A stretch of DNA of 63,763 nt, counting the filler, from Octopus bimaculoides (lineage: Eukaryota), in NCBI RefSeq assembly GCF_001194135.2. It is 6 parts of 6 records of this genome, joined end to end, with 100 filler letters (N's around TTAATTAATTAA, not from the genome) between each part and the next. Parts side by side here need not be neighbours in the genome. Positions count along the whole stretch, not along the records: positions 13,869 to 30,593 come from NC_068982.1; positions 30,694 to 38,125 come from NW_026404641.1; 4 more parts are not named here. One strand, given 5' to 3'. Below are positions 24,504-36,487 of this stretch, piece by piece. The position numbers and the translations under genes were made by a program. Position 1 is the first letter of the stretch. Every line of letters begins with the position of its first letter. Under the pieces are notes generated by a model. It did not search any database, was not told the origin of the DNA, and saw nothing but the letters and a program-made list of their open reading frames with translations.

Positions 24504-25311
24504 NNNNNNNNNNNNNNNNNNNNNNNNNNNNNNNNNNNNNNNNNNNNNNNNNNNNNNNNNNNNNNNNNNNNNNNNNNNNNNNNNNNNNNNNNNNNNNNNN
24601 NNNNNNNNNNNNNNNNNNNNNNNNNNNNNNNNNNNNNNNNNNNNNNNNNNNNNNNNNNNNNNNNNNNNNNNNNNNNNNNNNNNNNNNNNNNNNNNNNNNN
24701 NNNNNNNNNNNNNNNNNNNNNNNNNNNNNNNNNNNNNNNNNNNNNNNNNNNNNNNNNNNNNNNNNNNNNNNNNNNNNNNNNNNNNNNNNNNNNNNNNNNN
24801 NNNNNNNNNNNNNNNNNNNNNNNNNNNNNNNNNNNNNNNNNNNNNNNNNNNNNTATATATATATATATATGTATGTATGTATGTATATATATATATATAT
24901 GGAGAGAAGGACAAAGTGAGGGATAGATTGGTGGGTGAATCTCCATTAGTTTCACTTCTTCGATCAACTAAATTACGCAGTCAGTTAGCGCTTTTGTGGC
25001 CGAGTATGTCACGAACATGTGTACAGAAACAGTCTGTACCTTGTGAATAACAGTGACAACCTATCCGACTGACTTTTATACACATTCTACACAATCTCTC
25101 TGGGATGGTATAAGTCAACCGGAGTCCATAAAAAATTTCAAAATCCCACGCAGAATAATCGAATCTGAAAGCTAAAGGCTGGAAAGCGAACCTTTTAACT
25201 ACTCGGCTACACTGCGTTTACATATATATTTCCAGATATGTGTATATATATATATATATGTAGTTTTAACAGGGAAGGTGAAGTAGGTAAAGCTATAAGT
25301 GACAACTTGTT

Positions 25312-25517
25312 AATAATGGTTTCAAATTTTGGCACAGGGCCAATAATTTCAGAGGAGGGGTTAAGTTGATTACATCGAACACGGAGTTCAACTAGTACTT
25401 ATTTTATCGATGCAGAAAAGAGGAAAGGCGGAATTTGAACTCAGAACGTAGAGACAGTCGAAATGACGCTAACCATTTTGCCGGTCATGCTAACGATTCT
25501 ACCGGCTCACAGCCTTT
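25312..25517 (-). mobile_element. Family A SINE (left member of a head-to-head pair)
   Basis: Reverse complement of the family consensus, from taataatggtttcaaattttggcac to ggctcacagcct. Confidence 0.8.
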
Positions 25518-25542
25518 TTAATATTTAATATTAACACACTAT

Positions 25543-25730
25543 AAGGTGTTGAGCAGGCAGAATCGTTAGCACGCTGGGCAAAATGCTTAGTGGCATTTCG
25601 TCCGTCTTAACGCTCCGAGTTCAAATTCAGTCGAAACCTATTTTGCCTTTTGTCTTTTCAGGATCGATAAAATAAGTACTAGTTGAACACTGGTCGATGT
25701 AATCGACTTGCCTACTCCCCCGAAATTGCT
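25543..25730 (+). mobile_element. Family A SINE (right member of a head-to-head pair)
   Basis: aaggtgttgagcaggcagaatcgttagcacg...gatgtaatcgacttgcctactcccccgaaattgct. Confidence 0.8.
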
Positions 25731-26574
25731 CACATCCAATTCTTTTAATCCAACATTCTTATTTATAGCTTTATCTACTTCTCGTTGCATTATAACGAGC
25801 GTTCTTTTTCGCATAATTCGAAGTTTCTTACATACACACATACATGCATGCATATATATNNNNNNNNNNNNNNNNNNNNNNNNNNNNNNNNNNNNNNNNN
25901 NNNNNNNNNNNNNNNNNNNNNNNNNNNNNNNNNNNNNNNNNNNNNNNNNNNNNNNNNNNNNNNNNNNNNNNNNNNNNNNNNNNNNNNNNNNNNNNNNNNN
26001 NNNNNNNNNNNNNNNNNNNNNNNNNNNNNNNNNNNNNNNNNNNNNNNNNNNNNNATATATATATATATATACCCACACACACATATATATATAATTTAAC
26101 AAAAACATAGAAAATGGAAAATTTTACAAAATCTAACAGAAAACTCATAGCTTGCTTATTCCTGAAAAGATCATCACAATTTCGCGTCTTTAACGGTGAT
26201 ATTGTTTGTTTTTGGTGGCGCCAGTGGCGACAAGCCACTGGGAATAGCTACGAACGTACAAGACCACGACGAAAACAAACAGAAAATAAAACATACTTAT
26301 GCAACAAAGAAGCTGTGCAATCACAAGACACACAGATATGGGGTAACGCAAAGGAAAATGAAAATGTTCTGTAGAACTGGAGTCAAGAGAATGACAGAGA
26401 GAAAGTCAGAATGAAGAAAGAAGTAAATTATTAGGGAGGGAAAAAAGAGAGAAAGAGAATGGGAGGAAGGCAAAAGTGGAGCCAAGAAAGAGAAAGAGAC
26501 AGAGTTAGACATTTACACAAAAAATATTTTATAAAAGAATATTTTATAAATGAGTAAGAAAAATCAAAAAGGAT

Positions 26575-26822
26575 CAAAGATCCTTTACGAGCCATGGGCT
26601 TATAAGGCCGGTTTCCCTGGATTCTGTGATGTATATATTCCTCAATTGGTTGGGACGCCGATCCGTTGCAGGATTGCCCCTTTTTGCTAGCTGAGTGGAA
26701 AGAGTAACGTGAAATGGAGTGTTTTGCTCAAGCACACAACACATCATCCGGTCCAGAAATCGAAACCACAATTTTATGATCATGAGTCCAACGCCCTAGC
26801 CACTTAGCCACGCACCTCAACA
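26575..26822 (-). mobile_element. Family D tRNA-derived SINE (CORE/V-like)
   Basis: Minus strand GAGGTGCGTGGCTAAGTGGCTAGGGCGTTGGACTC...GGTTTCGATTTC...GTGCTTGAGCAAAACACT...CACTCAGCTAGC...AATCCTGCAACGGATCGGCGTCCC. Confidence 0.65.
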
Positions 26823-26975
26823 TGCATGTGTGTCTATGTGTGCGTGTAAGTATGTGCGTGTATGTGTGTGTATGTATGTGTATATGTGCGCGCGCACATT
26901 TGTGTACATGTATATATGTATATATATATGTGCGTATATGTATATACATATATATATGTATATATATATGTTATA

Positions 26976-27010
<35 letters not shown>

Positions 27011-28836
27011 NNNNNNNNNNNNNNNNNNNNNNNNNNNNNNNNNNNNNNNNNNNNNNNNNNNNNNNNNNNNNNNNNNNNNNNNNNNNNNNNNNNNNNNNNN
27101 NNNNNNNNNNNNNNNNNNNNNNNNNNNNNNNNNNNNNNNNNNNNNNNNNNNNNNNNNNNNNNNNNNNNNNNNNNNNNNNNNNNNNNNNNNNNNNNNNNNN
27201 NNNNNNNNNNNNNNNNNNNNNNNNNNNNNNNNNNNNNNNNNNNNNNNNNNNNNNNNNNNNNNNNNNNNNNNNNNNNNNNNNNNNNNNNNNNNNNNNNNNN
27301 NNNNNNNNNNNNNNNNNNNNNNNNNNNNNNNNNNNNNNNNNNNNNNNNNNNNNNNNNNNNNNNNNNNNNNNNNNNNNNNNNNNNNNNNNNNNNNNNNNNN
27401 NNNNNNNNNNNNNNNNNNNNNNNNNNNNNNNNNNNNNNNNNNNNNNNNNNNNNNNNNNNNNNNNNNNNNNNNNNNNNNNNNNNNNNNNNNNNNNNNNNNN
27501 NNNNNNNNNNNNNNNNNNNNNNNNNNNNNNNNNNNNNNNNNNNNNNNNNNNNNNNNNNNNNNNNNNNNNNNNNNNNNNNNNNNNNNNNNNNNNNNNNNNN
27601 NNNNNNNNNNNNNNNNNNNNNNNNNNNNNNNNNNNNNNNNNNNNNNNNNNNNNNNNNNNNNNNNNNNNNNNNNNNNNNNNNNNNNNNNNNNNNNNNNNNN
27701 NNNNNNNNNNNNNNNNNNNNNNNNNNNNNNNNNNNNNNNNNNNNNNNNNNNNNNNNNNNNNNNNNNNNNNNNNNNNNNNNNNNNNNNNNNNNNNNNNNNN
27801 NNNNNNNNNNNNNNNNNNNNNNNNNNNNNNNNNNNNNNNNNNNNNNNNNTATATATATATAAATATATATATATATATTAATGCATGGCCTTGTGTCAAT
27901 GTGAGAAATCAATATTGATATTTTGAAAATAGTCGCAGCCTTGAGATATAAAAATTTACTTGAAACATGAAAATATTGGAATCAGTCCAAAACACAGAAA
28001 TACCCGATATTACTCTACTCTGTAGTACACCACATCACTGAAGTCTATCACACCACATGATATCTATAAATTATATTACTACAGTTCATTCTAGTACTTT
28101 ATACACAAGTATGTTATATTATAGAATGCTACACATACATGGAAAAAAATCTATATATTGCAACTCTACCATTTCGTTAATATTTCGTCTATCCATCGCT
28201 CTCTCACTCTCATTCTCTACTCTCTCCTTTTATTACTGTCTGCAAATTACTCTCCCTCTATCTCTCTCCCCTGTCTCTGATACATACAAACACGCTATAC
28301 AACTTGCAACTGTCAGTCTGTCTGGCTCTATGTCTCACTAATATATATATATATATATATATATAAACATATATATATATATATAGTGAGACAACAAAGA
28401 TAACAAAGGTGTAAACCATTAGCTTATGAGCTTCATAGCTTACAGCTGTTTCCACTATTGATGCGGTGGACTCATAGTTGCGTGCCTACGTAACAGCCTA
28501 GTTTCATCAGGGCCTTAAATAAAAAGTGCAATTTATTTGGGAAAACAAATATATTTAAACATATATACAGGATAACATTATCAATTACCAATGAGGGAGC
28601 ATATATGAGGGGGATGAGATTCAGGGGATCCTCCCACAATTAGAACGCTAGGATGTGTATAACGATGGGTACAGCCAGATGTAGAGAAAGAATAAATAAA
28701 TCTCTCAGTAAGAATATATATGTATAGACACATACATACATGCATTTATATAGTCAGATAAAATATCCATATAGACAGCACACAGACACCCACCCACACA
28801 CACATACATACACTTATATGTAAATATATATATACT

Positions 28837-29087
28837 TTTTCTTGTTTCAGTCAGTTGACTGCGGCCATGCTGAGGCACCGCCTATTTAAGGGCTTTAGTT
28901 GAAAAAAATCGACCCCAGGATTTAGTTTTTAAGACTAGCACTTATTCTATCGGTATCTTTTGCCGAACCGCTATATTATGGGGACGTAAACAATTGGTGT
29001 GAGGTGGGGACAAACACAGACACAAAGACACATGCACATAGATATATATGCATACACACACACACACACGCACACAACACACACACT

Positions 29088-29125
<38 letters not shown>

Positions 29126-29279
29126 GGGCTGGCTTCTTTCAGTTTCCATTTACCAAATCCACTCACAAAGCTCTAGTCGGACCGAGGCTATAGTAGAAGA
29201 CACTTACCGAAGGTGCCACGCATTGGGACTAAACTTAGAAACATGTGGTTGGGAAACAAGCTTCTTCCCACACAACCGC
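28837..29279 (-). mobile_element. Family B SINE
   Basis: Full head-to-tail match to the 12985 copy; internal (AC)n(AT)n. Confidence 0.85.
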
Positions 29280-29584
29280 ATCTATATAACTAACTATGCT
29301 AATGATTACCATAATTACACCGTAATATCCGTTTTTCGTTTTCCGTTTTTTAACCTTCCACGTTTTCGATATGCTTCCTTCACAACTTTTCGCGTTTCTT
29401 CCGTCATTCAATTTTTAGCTCGTTATGATGTATGGTTTCTGCCTGAGGAATATGTTTGAGGTATTTCTCAACATACGAGGCTATTTCTAGCATATAAAAA
29501 CATGTATTGTGTTTATTAAATAATATTTATCTCCCACCACATGCAGTACCTCTTTTTGATGATCTTACCATCACGAAACAGAAG

Positions 29585-29621
<37 letters not shown>

Positions 29622-29944
29622 TACTGTTATTTATATATATGTTGGCCACTGATGAAATTTATTAATTTTAATGATTTTGTCCTTTTATTATATATATATA
29701 TGTATANNNNNNNNNNNNNNNNNNNNNNNNNNNNNNNNNNNNNNNNNNNNNNNNNNNNNNNNNNNNNNNNNNNNNNNNNNNNNNNNNNNNNNNNNNNNNN
29801 NNNNNNNNNNNNNNNNNNNNNNNNNNNNNNNNNNNNNNNNNNNNNNNNNNNNNNNNNNNNNNNNNNNNNNNNNNNNNNNNNNNNNNNNNNNNNNNNNNNN
29901 NNNNNNNNNNNNNNNNNNNNNNNNNNNNNNNNNATATATATATA

Positions 29945-30172
29945 TAGGGCAAATAAGAAAACAGAGAGGCTATAAAATCGACAGGCATCAGCCGGTAAAC
30001 ATTCCAGCATGTCTATTCAAATGCAGTTACCAGCTTTTTCCACTCGCTGATCTGTACCACTCATACATGTGTGTTTATTCATCCAATAGATTTGAATAAA
30101 TAGACATACTGGAATGTTTACCGGCTGATGTCTGTCGATCTTATATCCGCTCTGTTTTCTAATTTTCCGTAT
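29945..30172. mobile_element. MITE/fold-back element with ~75-bp imperfect terminal inverted repeats
   Basis: ggcaaataagaaaacagagaggctataaaatcgacaggcatcagccggtaaacattccagcatgtctatt pairs with aatagacatactggaatgtttaccggctgatgtctgtcgatcttatatccgctctgttttctaattttcc; TA-flanked. Confidence 0.7.
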
Positions 30173-30544
30173 AAATCAAGGGTAAAGCACTTGGTTATGA
30201 ATAATTGGATACACTACCAGCACTATATTGGTTGGATAGGTACTATCCCTTAGTTGGTTTCTCAATCTCTAACTCACGCAGAAATATATATATATAGTGT
30301 AAGACAGCATATTATATTATTATATTATATTTTACGTACATACACACGTATATACATGTATGCTTGTATATATAAACTTTGTTACACTCCTCGAGTTGAT
30401 CGCAGTGCCATGAAATGATCGCAATGGATAAAACTCGAGTCACAAGAAAAGGAATTTAGTTTAAATAAACAATAAGCTCTACACTATGGGTTGAGTACTC
30501 CGTTATTTCGCTAACAAACTATAACCGTTTTATATATGTGTTTG

Positions 30545-30593
<49 letters not shown>

Positions 30594-30693
30594 NNNNNNN
30601 NNNNNNNNNNNNNNNNNNNNNNNNNNNNNNNNNNNNNTTAATTAATTAANNNNNNNNNNNNNNNNNNNNNNNNNNNNNNNNNNNNNNNNNNNN
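30594..30693. other. Assembly placeholder for an unsized gap (44 N + TTAATTAATTAA + 44 N)
   Basis: The same 100-bp construct occurs at 1494-1593, 13769-13868, 30594-30693, 38126-38225 and 58005-58104; the linker has stops in all six frames. Confidence 0.95.
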
Positions 30694-30735
<42 letters not shown>

Positions 30736-31105
30736 TTTGTGCATGTATATATATATATAAGTATATGATGTTAGAATATTGGCTGAGATTAAGCTCAATT
30801 AATTTTAGAGATTGTTTCCTCAGAGGCAAAGAGCAAAAAAATGTGAAAAACATCAAGATATTTTACTTTTAGAAAGAAATAGTGAAAACAATCACAGAAA
30901 CACTTTATTTTTAACAGATGTGAGGAATTTTGTTATTATTTTATTGAATTTGATAGTCAGGTTGATATAATGCACTCAGACATATATTCAATTTAATCTT
31001 ATTAAGTATAATGTTCTCAAAGTTTTGTGGCACAGAGCCTACATTATATACCTAAAAGATAAACTGGTGTACATATGTTGTTGATTGTTTTTCAGAAACT
31101 CTTAC

Positions 31106-31195
31106 CTTTTACTCCATCTCTTCCAGGTATACCAGGAAGACCTTTCGCACCAGGCCTACCCCCAAATCCCGGGTCACCCTTTGTACCACTGAAAC
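31106..31195 (-). CDS. Collagen exon (non-fibrillar, type IV-like), 90 nt
   Basis: ttttcag|GT...AAA G|gtaag. Translates (G)FSGTKGDPGFGGRPGAKGLPGIPGRDGVK(G), ten uninterrupted triplets; phase 1/1, splice-compatible with the two upstream exons. Confidence 0.93.
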
Positions 31196-31498
31196 CTGAA
31201 AATAAATGTATGTATACGTATTATAAAATGATAAACATATGTGTATATATGTGTGTGTGTATGTGTGGGTGTTTATATATGGTGTGCTGAAAAGTTCGTG
31301 TCTTTGGGGAAAAGGAAATACAGGAGGATCAGTTAATGATTTTATTCAACATATTCCCCTTTCAGATCACACATTTATTGGAGCAGCCCTTCAGGTTTTC
31401 TAAGCCCTGTAAAAGAACTCAGAAGTTTGGGTGCCCAACCAGGCCTTTCGTTTTACAGTTAAATATAATATAAACTTGAGTTTATCCTTGTTCCTTGT

Positions 31499-31586
<88 letters not shown>

Positions 31587-32099
31587 CTCTCTCTCTCTCT
31601 CTCTCTCCTTATTGGTTTTTAACCTAGATCCAAGGTTCTGCCATTGGGATTTCAACAACAACAACAGGATATTTTCCCATGTATGTGTGTGTATATGTGC
31701 AGTATTTGGAGTCAGTGGGTGTGAAGATTTGTATGTTTTGTTTTATGTATGTATTCTTATGCATATAGTTGCTTGTCTAATGATAAGCTTCTGGAAAGTT
31801 TTACAGATTTTTATAGATCTAGTTATGGCTTGAATCAGCTTTCTGTCTTTGAATCAGTTTTCTGGTTTTGAGAAGACTAATTTCTCAAGATTAGTACTTA
31901 GGCAGTGTGTTACATATCCCAGTACCCTAACATTTATAGATGTAGATTTGAACTTGTAATCTGGTTAGAGTAACTGTAGATTTCTCAATAGTTCAGTGTA
32001 TGTCTTTTCTTTTGAGCTGATCTTTAGCTTTATATTTACACCTGCTGGGCAGCAAGTATGTATGATGCATGCATGCAATTATCAAGTAGCATTAATCAC

Positions 32100-32250
32100 T
32101 TAAGATGAATGGAACTTTAAGAAGAGGATAACTAGGAAGGCATGGAACAAAGGGGTAAGAACTAATCTCAGGACCTTGAATTACATGGAGATGGCAAAGG
32201 ACCATGACATCTGGCGAAATATGATGCTTAGGAAGGTGCAACCTTCTTAG
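32100..32250 (+). mobile_element. Decayed RTE RT C-terminal fragment
   Basis: RKAWNKGVRTNLRTLNYMEMAKDHDIWRNMM. Confidence 0.5.
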
Positions 32251-32907
32251 TGAAACTTAACTTCTGGAAGTAAAATGCCTATATACATAGCTACCTTCCA
32301 CCACTGCCTAATTTTCTCAACCAATCTTCCCTCCATACCCTCATTCTCTATCACTAAATTTGCCATCATTATCCAGTCTCAACTGGTGTAAACAAATGAG
32401 TGCAGAACAACATATTTAATCACTCTTTCTATGACACCAGTTATCTTTCTCACTACCTGAAATAGCTTCAACTGACTTCCATCCTTTCATTCTTTTATTG
32501 TCCCTCTTCAGTTACATTTTTCCTTGATCATTCCACCCTTCTATCTTCCCAAATTGTCTCTATCTCTCCCTTTCCACAGAACCACTTCCTGTTAATTTAC
32601 CTATATCATCATACATATCTCACTTTTTCTCCATGCCTTTCTCTCCACCCACACTATTTCCACCTCTCTCCATTCAAACATTTATCATATATTACATGTA
32701 TATAAATGTAAATATTTACATTATAAGTTCTTAGGTAAAAAAAAAAAATTATAAAAATCAAAATGAAAAAGATGGAGGGAAGATTAAACTAGAGGCAATG
32801 TCACATAAAAATAGGAAATGATGAAAGAAAACAAGTACATCTCGATAAGAAAGTGTTGGTCAAAATTTGGCCATATTGACATTGAAAATTATTTGCATCT
32901 TTTGTCA

Positions 32908-33738
32908 TTTACTTGTTTCAGTCATTTGACTGTGGTCATGCTGGGACACAGCCTTGAAAAGTTTTAGTCAAACAAATTGAACCCAGGACTATTTTTTGAA
33001 GCCTGGTACTTATTTTATTAGTTCTTTTGCTGAGCCACTAAGTTACAGGAAATACACCAGCACCAGTTGCCAAGCAGTTGTGGGAGAACAAAGACAAAGA
33101 CACACACACACACTCACACGTGTGTGAGTGTATACCCCTACCTTTGCATCCCCCAACCCAACACCACCACACCACACACCACCACACCACACCACACACC
33201 ACCACACCCCACCACACCACACACCACAACAACACAACATACCACACATCACCACACAACATCACACCACAACACACAACACATCACCACACCNNNNNNN
33301 NNNNNNNNNNNNNNNNNNNNNNNNNNNNNNNNNNNNNNNNNNNNNNNNNNNNNNNNNNNNNNNNNNNNNNNNNNNNNNNNNNNNNNNNNNNNNNNNNNNN
33401 NNNNNNNNNNNNNNNNNNNNNNNNNNNNNNNNNNNNNNNNNNNNNNNNNNNNNNNNNNNNNNNNNNNNNNNNNNNNNNNNNNNNNNNNNNNNNNNNNNNN
33501 NNNNNNNNNNNNNNNNNNNNNNNNNNNNNNNNNNNNNNNNNNNNNNNNNNNNNNNNNNNNNNNNNNNNNNNNNNNNNNNNNNNNNNNNNNNNNNNNNNNN
33601 NNNNNNNNNNNNNNNNNNNNNNNNNNNNNNNNNNNNNNNNNNNNNNNNNNNNNNNNNNNNNNNNNNNNNNNNNNNNNNNNNNNNNNNNNNNNNNNNNNNN
33701 NNNNNNNNNNNNNNNNNNNNNNNNNNNNNNNNNNNNNN

Positions 33739-33775
<37 letters not shown>

Positions 33776-34122
33776 TAGACATCAGTTTCATAAACTACAA
33801 AATATAAATATCCACACTACCACACTTGAAACATACTGTTATAATTCTTTATCTTGATTTGAATGTATGTGAAAATATTTAGAATGCTCAAAATTATTTC
33901 TGCAAATGTCTTAAGCACTGATGCTGATCATAGTTTAATCAATAAGTGTAGGGGGAAGGTCAATGCATACATACGACAGGCTTCTTTCAATTTCCAACTG
34001 CTAAACTGACTTAATTTGGTCAGCCTGTGGTTATAGTAGAAGGCACTTGCCCAAGGTGCACTGCAGTGGGATGGAACCCAGAACCATGTGTTTAGGAAGC
34101 AAGCTTTTTACCACACAACAAC
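32908..34122 (-). mobile_element. Family B SINE, CpG-decayed, interrupted by an expanded (CACAC)-type repeat and a gap
   Basis: 3' half at 32908-33140, 5' half at ~33960-34122; most consensus CpGs appear as TG/CA. The two halves may be separate copies. Confidence 0.7.
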
Positions 34123-34323
34123 ACATAGGAAATATCTCTAAAAGCTCTCAGATTTTAATAATGAATCATTTCCTACAGAGATAAGCATTGTTATTTTGCA
34201 ACAGAATTATATTTATATTAATTTACATTACACAATTATTAGATGCATTGATTGTTTAATTATCTCTTTGGCAAATCACTACACAAAAACATTATTCCTG
34301 ATTGTAATAAAATGATAACAAAC

Positions 34324-34494
34324 CATCTGAGCCTCTAGGACCATCTTTTCCTGGTTGGCCAGGAAGTCCAGTTTTACCCGGAGGTCCATCATTACCAGGA
34401 AATCCAGGATCTCCTCGATCCTCAATATCTGCAATTCTACTAGGTAATCCTTGTCGGCCATCTTCTCCTGGGCTGCCTGGCAAACCAGATAGAC
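34324..34494 (-). CDS. Collagen exon (non-fibrillar, type IV-like), 171 nt
   Basis: tttaag|GT...GAT G|gtttgt. Translates (G)[56 protein letters not shown](G), with a 9-residue interruption and RGD; phase 1/1. Confidence 0.93.
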
Positions 34495-34883
34495 CTTAAA
34501 ATGGAAGAACATTACATACTGAGTTCATATTTAAATAACAATTTTCAGCAATCCGTCAATGTCCACTTAAACTGTATTATAAAAGTAAAAGTATGTTATA
34601 ATAATAGAGCAGACATTATAGCACAGAAAGAAGTGCCATAAGTATGTAAATAATAATTTCTACTAAAGGCACAAGGCCTTAAATTCTGCAGGAAGGGGGC
34701 TAGTCAATTGCATTGACCCCAGTACTAGACTGGATTTGTAAGAGAATACAGCATATCCAGACTATCATGCTGCATATTCAAACAATAAAACACTGCATGT
34801 CAGAGTGTGTAGTATGATCTTTAGCAGGATGGAGTTGTGGTATATCTGCTCCTTGTAGACAAATATATACATACCTAAATATA

Positions 34884-35786
34884 TGAGGGGGTACCCAAAA
34901 GAAACCAGAATTTTGCAATATTCTTTTATTCACTTGGTTTTACATGTTTACACTTTTTATCACTTTCAAAGTATTCTCCATTTGAAGCAATGCATTGGTC
35001 CAGGTGCATTTTCCACTATTCAAAGCAGTGCTACAACTCTTGCAACATGATGCCTTTTAATGCCTCCATCGGTTTTTTCTTCACTTCTTCCACATCCACA
35101 AATACCCTAACACCATCTTTCATCACCAGTGATGACCTTCGAAAAATGGTCCAGATCAACTTCCAACTGTTCTTTCAGTTCATGACACACATTCAGTTAT
35201 GACTACTTTTGATCTTTTGAGCAAGTGAGGCACAGATTCTGCTGCAACTCTTTCCATTTGCAATTCCTCACTCAAAATTCGTTGGCAGGAGCTCCTGGAC
35301 ACACCAGTCAAGTTCGTTTATTGTTCGGTGATAAACCTCCAAGATCAGTTCATGAATTTTCATAATGTTTTCCTTCGTTTGGGAGGTTGACGGTTGTCCT
35401 GAACGAGGTTGGTCTTCAAATGACAAGTGACCATTTCTAAAGTGTGAAAACCACTTATAAACTTGTGTTTTGTTCATGGCAGTGTCCTTGTTACCTGTTT
35501 GAAGCATGCCAACTGTCTCAGCCATCGTTTTCCCCAGCAGAGAACAGAATTTCACAGAAGCATGCTGTTCCTTCATTCCAGCCATTGCAAAAATCAATGA
35601 ACAGAGAAGCACTGAAAAACAAAGATGCACCACATGACAGTATAACTTCACTGATGCTGGTCAGCAGACTGTTGCCTGAGGGTTGCGGTTGCATCAAGTG
35701 GCTTCTAGCGGCAGAAGCCTAAACTACAATGGGCTTGTCCCACAGAGAATGTTTCTGGTTACTTTTGGGACCCCCCCCCCACTCCA
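34884..35786 (-). mobile_element. Internally deleted mariner transposon with both TIRs
   Basis: TIRs ta|tgagggggtacccaaaagaaaccagaa and ttctggttacttttgggacccccc...|ta. N-terminal HTH MKEQHASVKFCSLLGKTMAETVGML...TQVYKWFSHFRNG...EDQPRSGQPST; C-terminal QCIASNGEYFESDK; most of the catalytic domain is missing. Confidence 0.88.
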
Positions 35787-36373
35787 TACACAAGAGCTAA
35801 CATATTAGAATCAATAGTGCATGTAAACATAACCAATAATTTGTCAGTATATGATCCACAAAATGTGTATTTGACTTCCAAACTGAAATCATGCGCTATC
35901 TAACTCAGAAGCAAATACTAAATAAAATTCTATCCATAGGAGAAGTCATAATAAATACCAAATAGAAAAATGTTAGAATATTCCTCACAGTATTTTATTT
36001 TACAAACACAGCACGCATATATTTCTAATTTTGCTGCGATGATACTTTCCGATTAGAAATAAGGACCACCATGTCCTCATCTTTTAGATTGGAATTTTTT
36101 AAATGGAAATTTAATTTCAAATTAGAATTTATAACCAAAATTACTGTTTTTAGATACATCAGCAATGTCTAATATTAAGCTCTATATTTTATCTATTTAT
36201 AATAATTATACATAAAGTTTTTACAGATATATTTAATTAGTCTAACAGATATGTCAGTTACTATCCTGAATTCAGAGTTCTTAAACTCTTTTAAAACTTC
36301 ACACTACTAACAAAGAAAGGCAAACTGATTACTGACAAAAGAATATAAAATTGTATATTGAGATGATCCATAC

Positions 36374-36487
36374 CATCATCACCAGGCTGTCCTCTTAATC
36401 CTGGAACACCATCCTGACCTGGGAAGGAACCACCTGGGGGTCCAGGTAATCCTCGTTGACCTTCATCACCAGGAAATCCAGGGTATC
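36374..36487 (-). CDS. Collagen exon (non-fibrillar, type IV-like), 114 nt
   Basis: ttttttaag|GA...GAT G|gtatgg. Translates (G)YPGFPGDEGQRGLPGPPGGSFPGQDGVPGLRGQPGDD(G): Gly-X-Y with a short GGSFPG interruption; both boundaries split a Gly codon. Confidence 0.93.

Noticed and set aside
33067-33293. His/Thr-rich ORFs
   Set aside because: Pentamer-type CACAC microsatellite inside a SINE.
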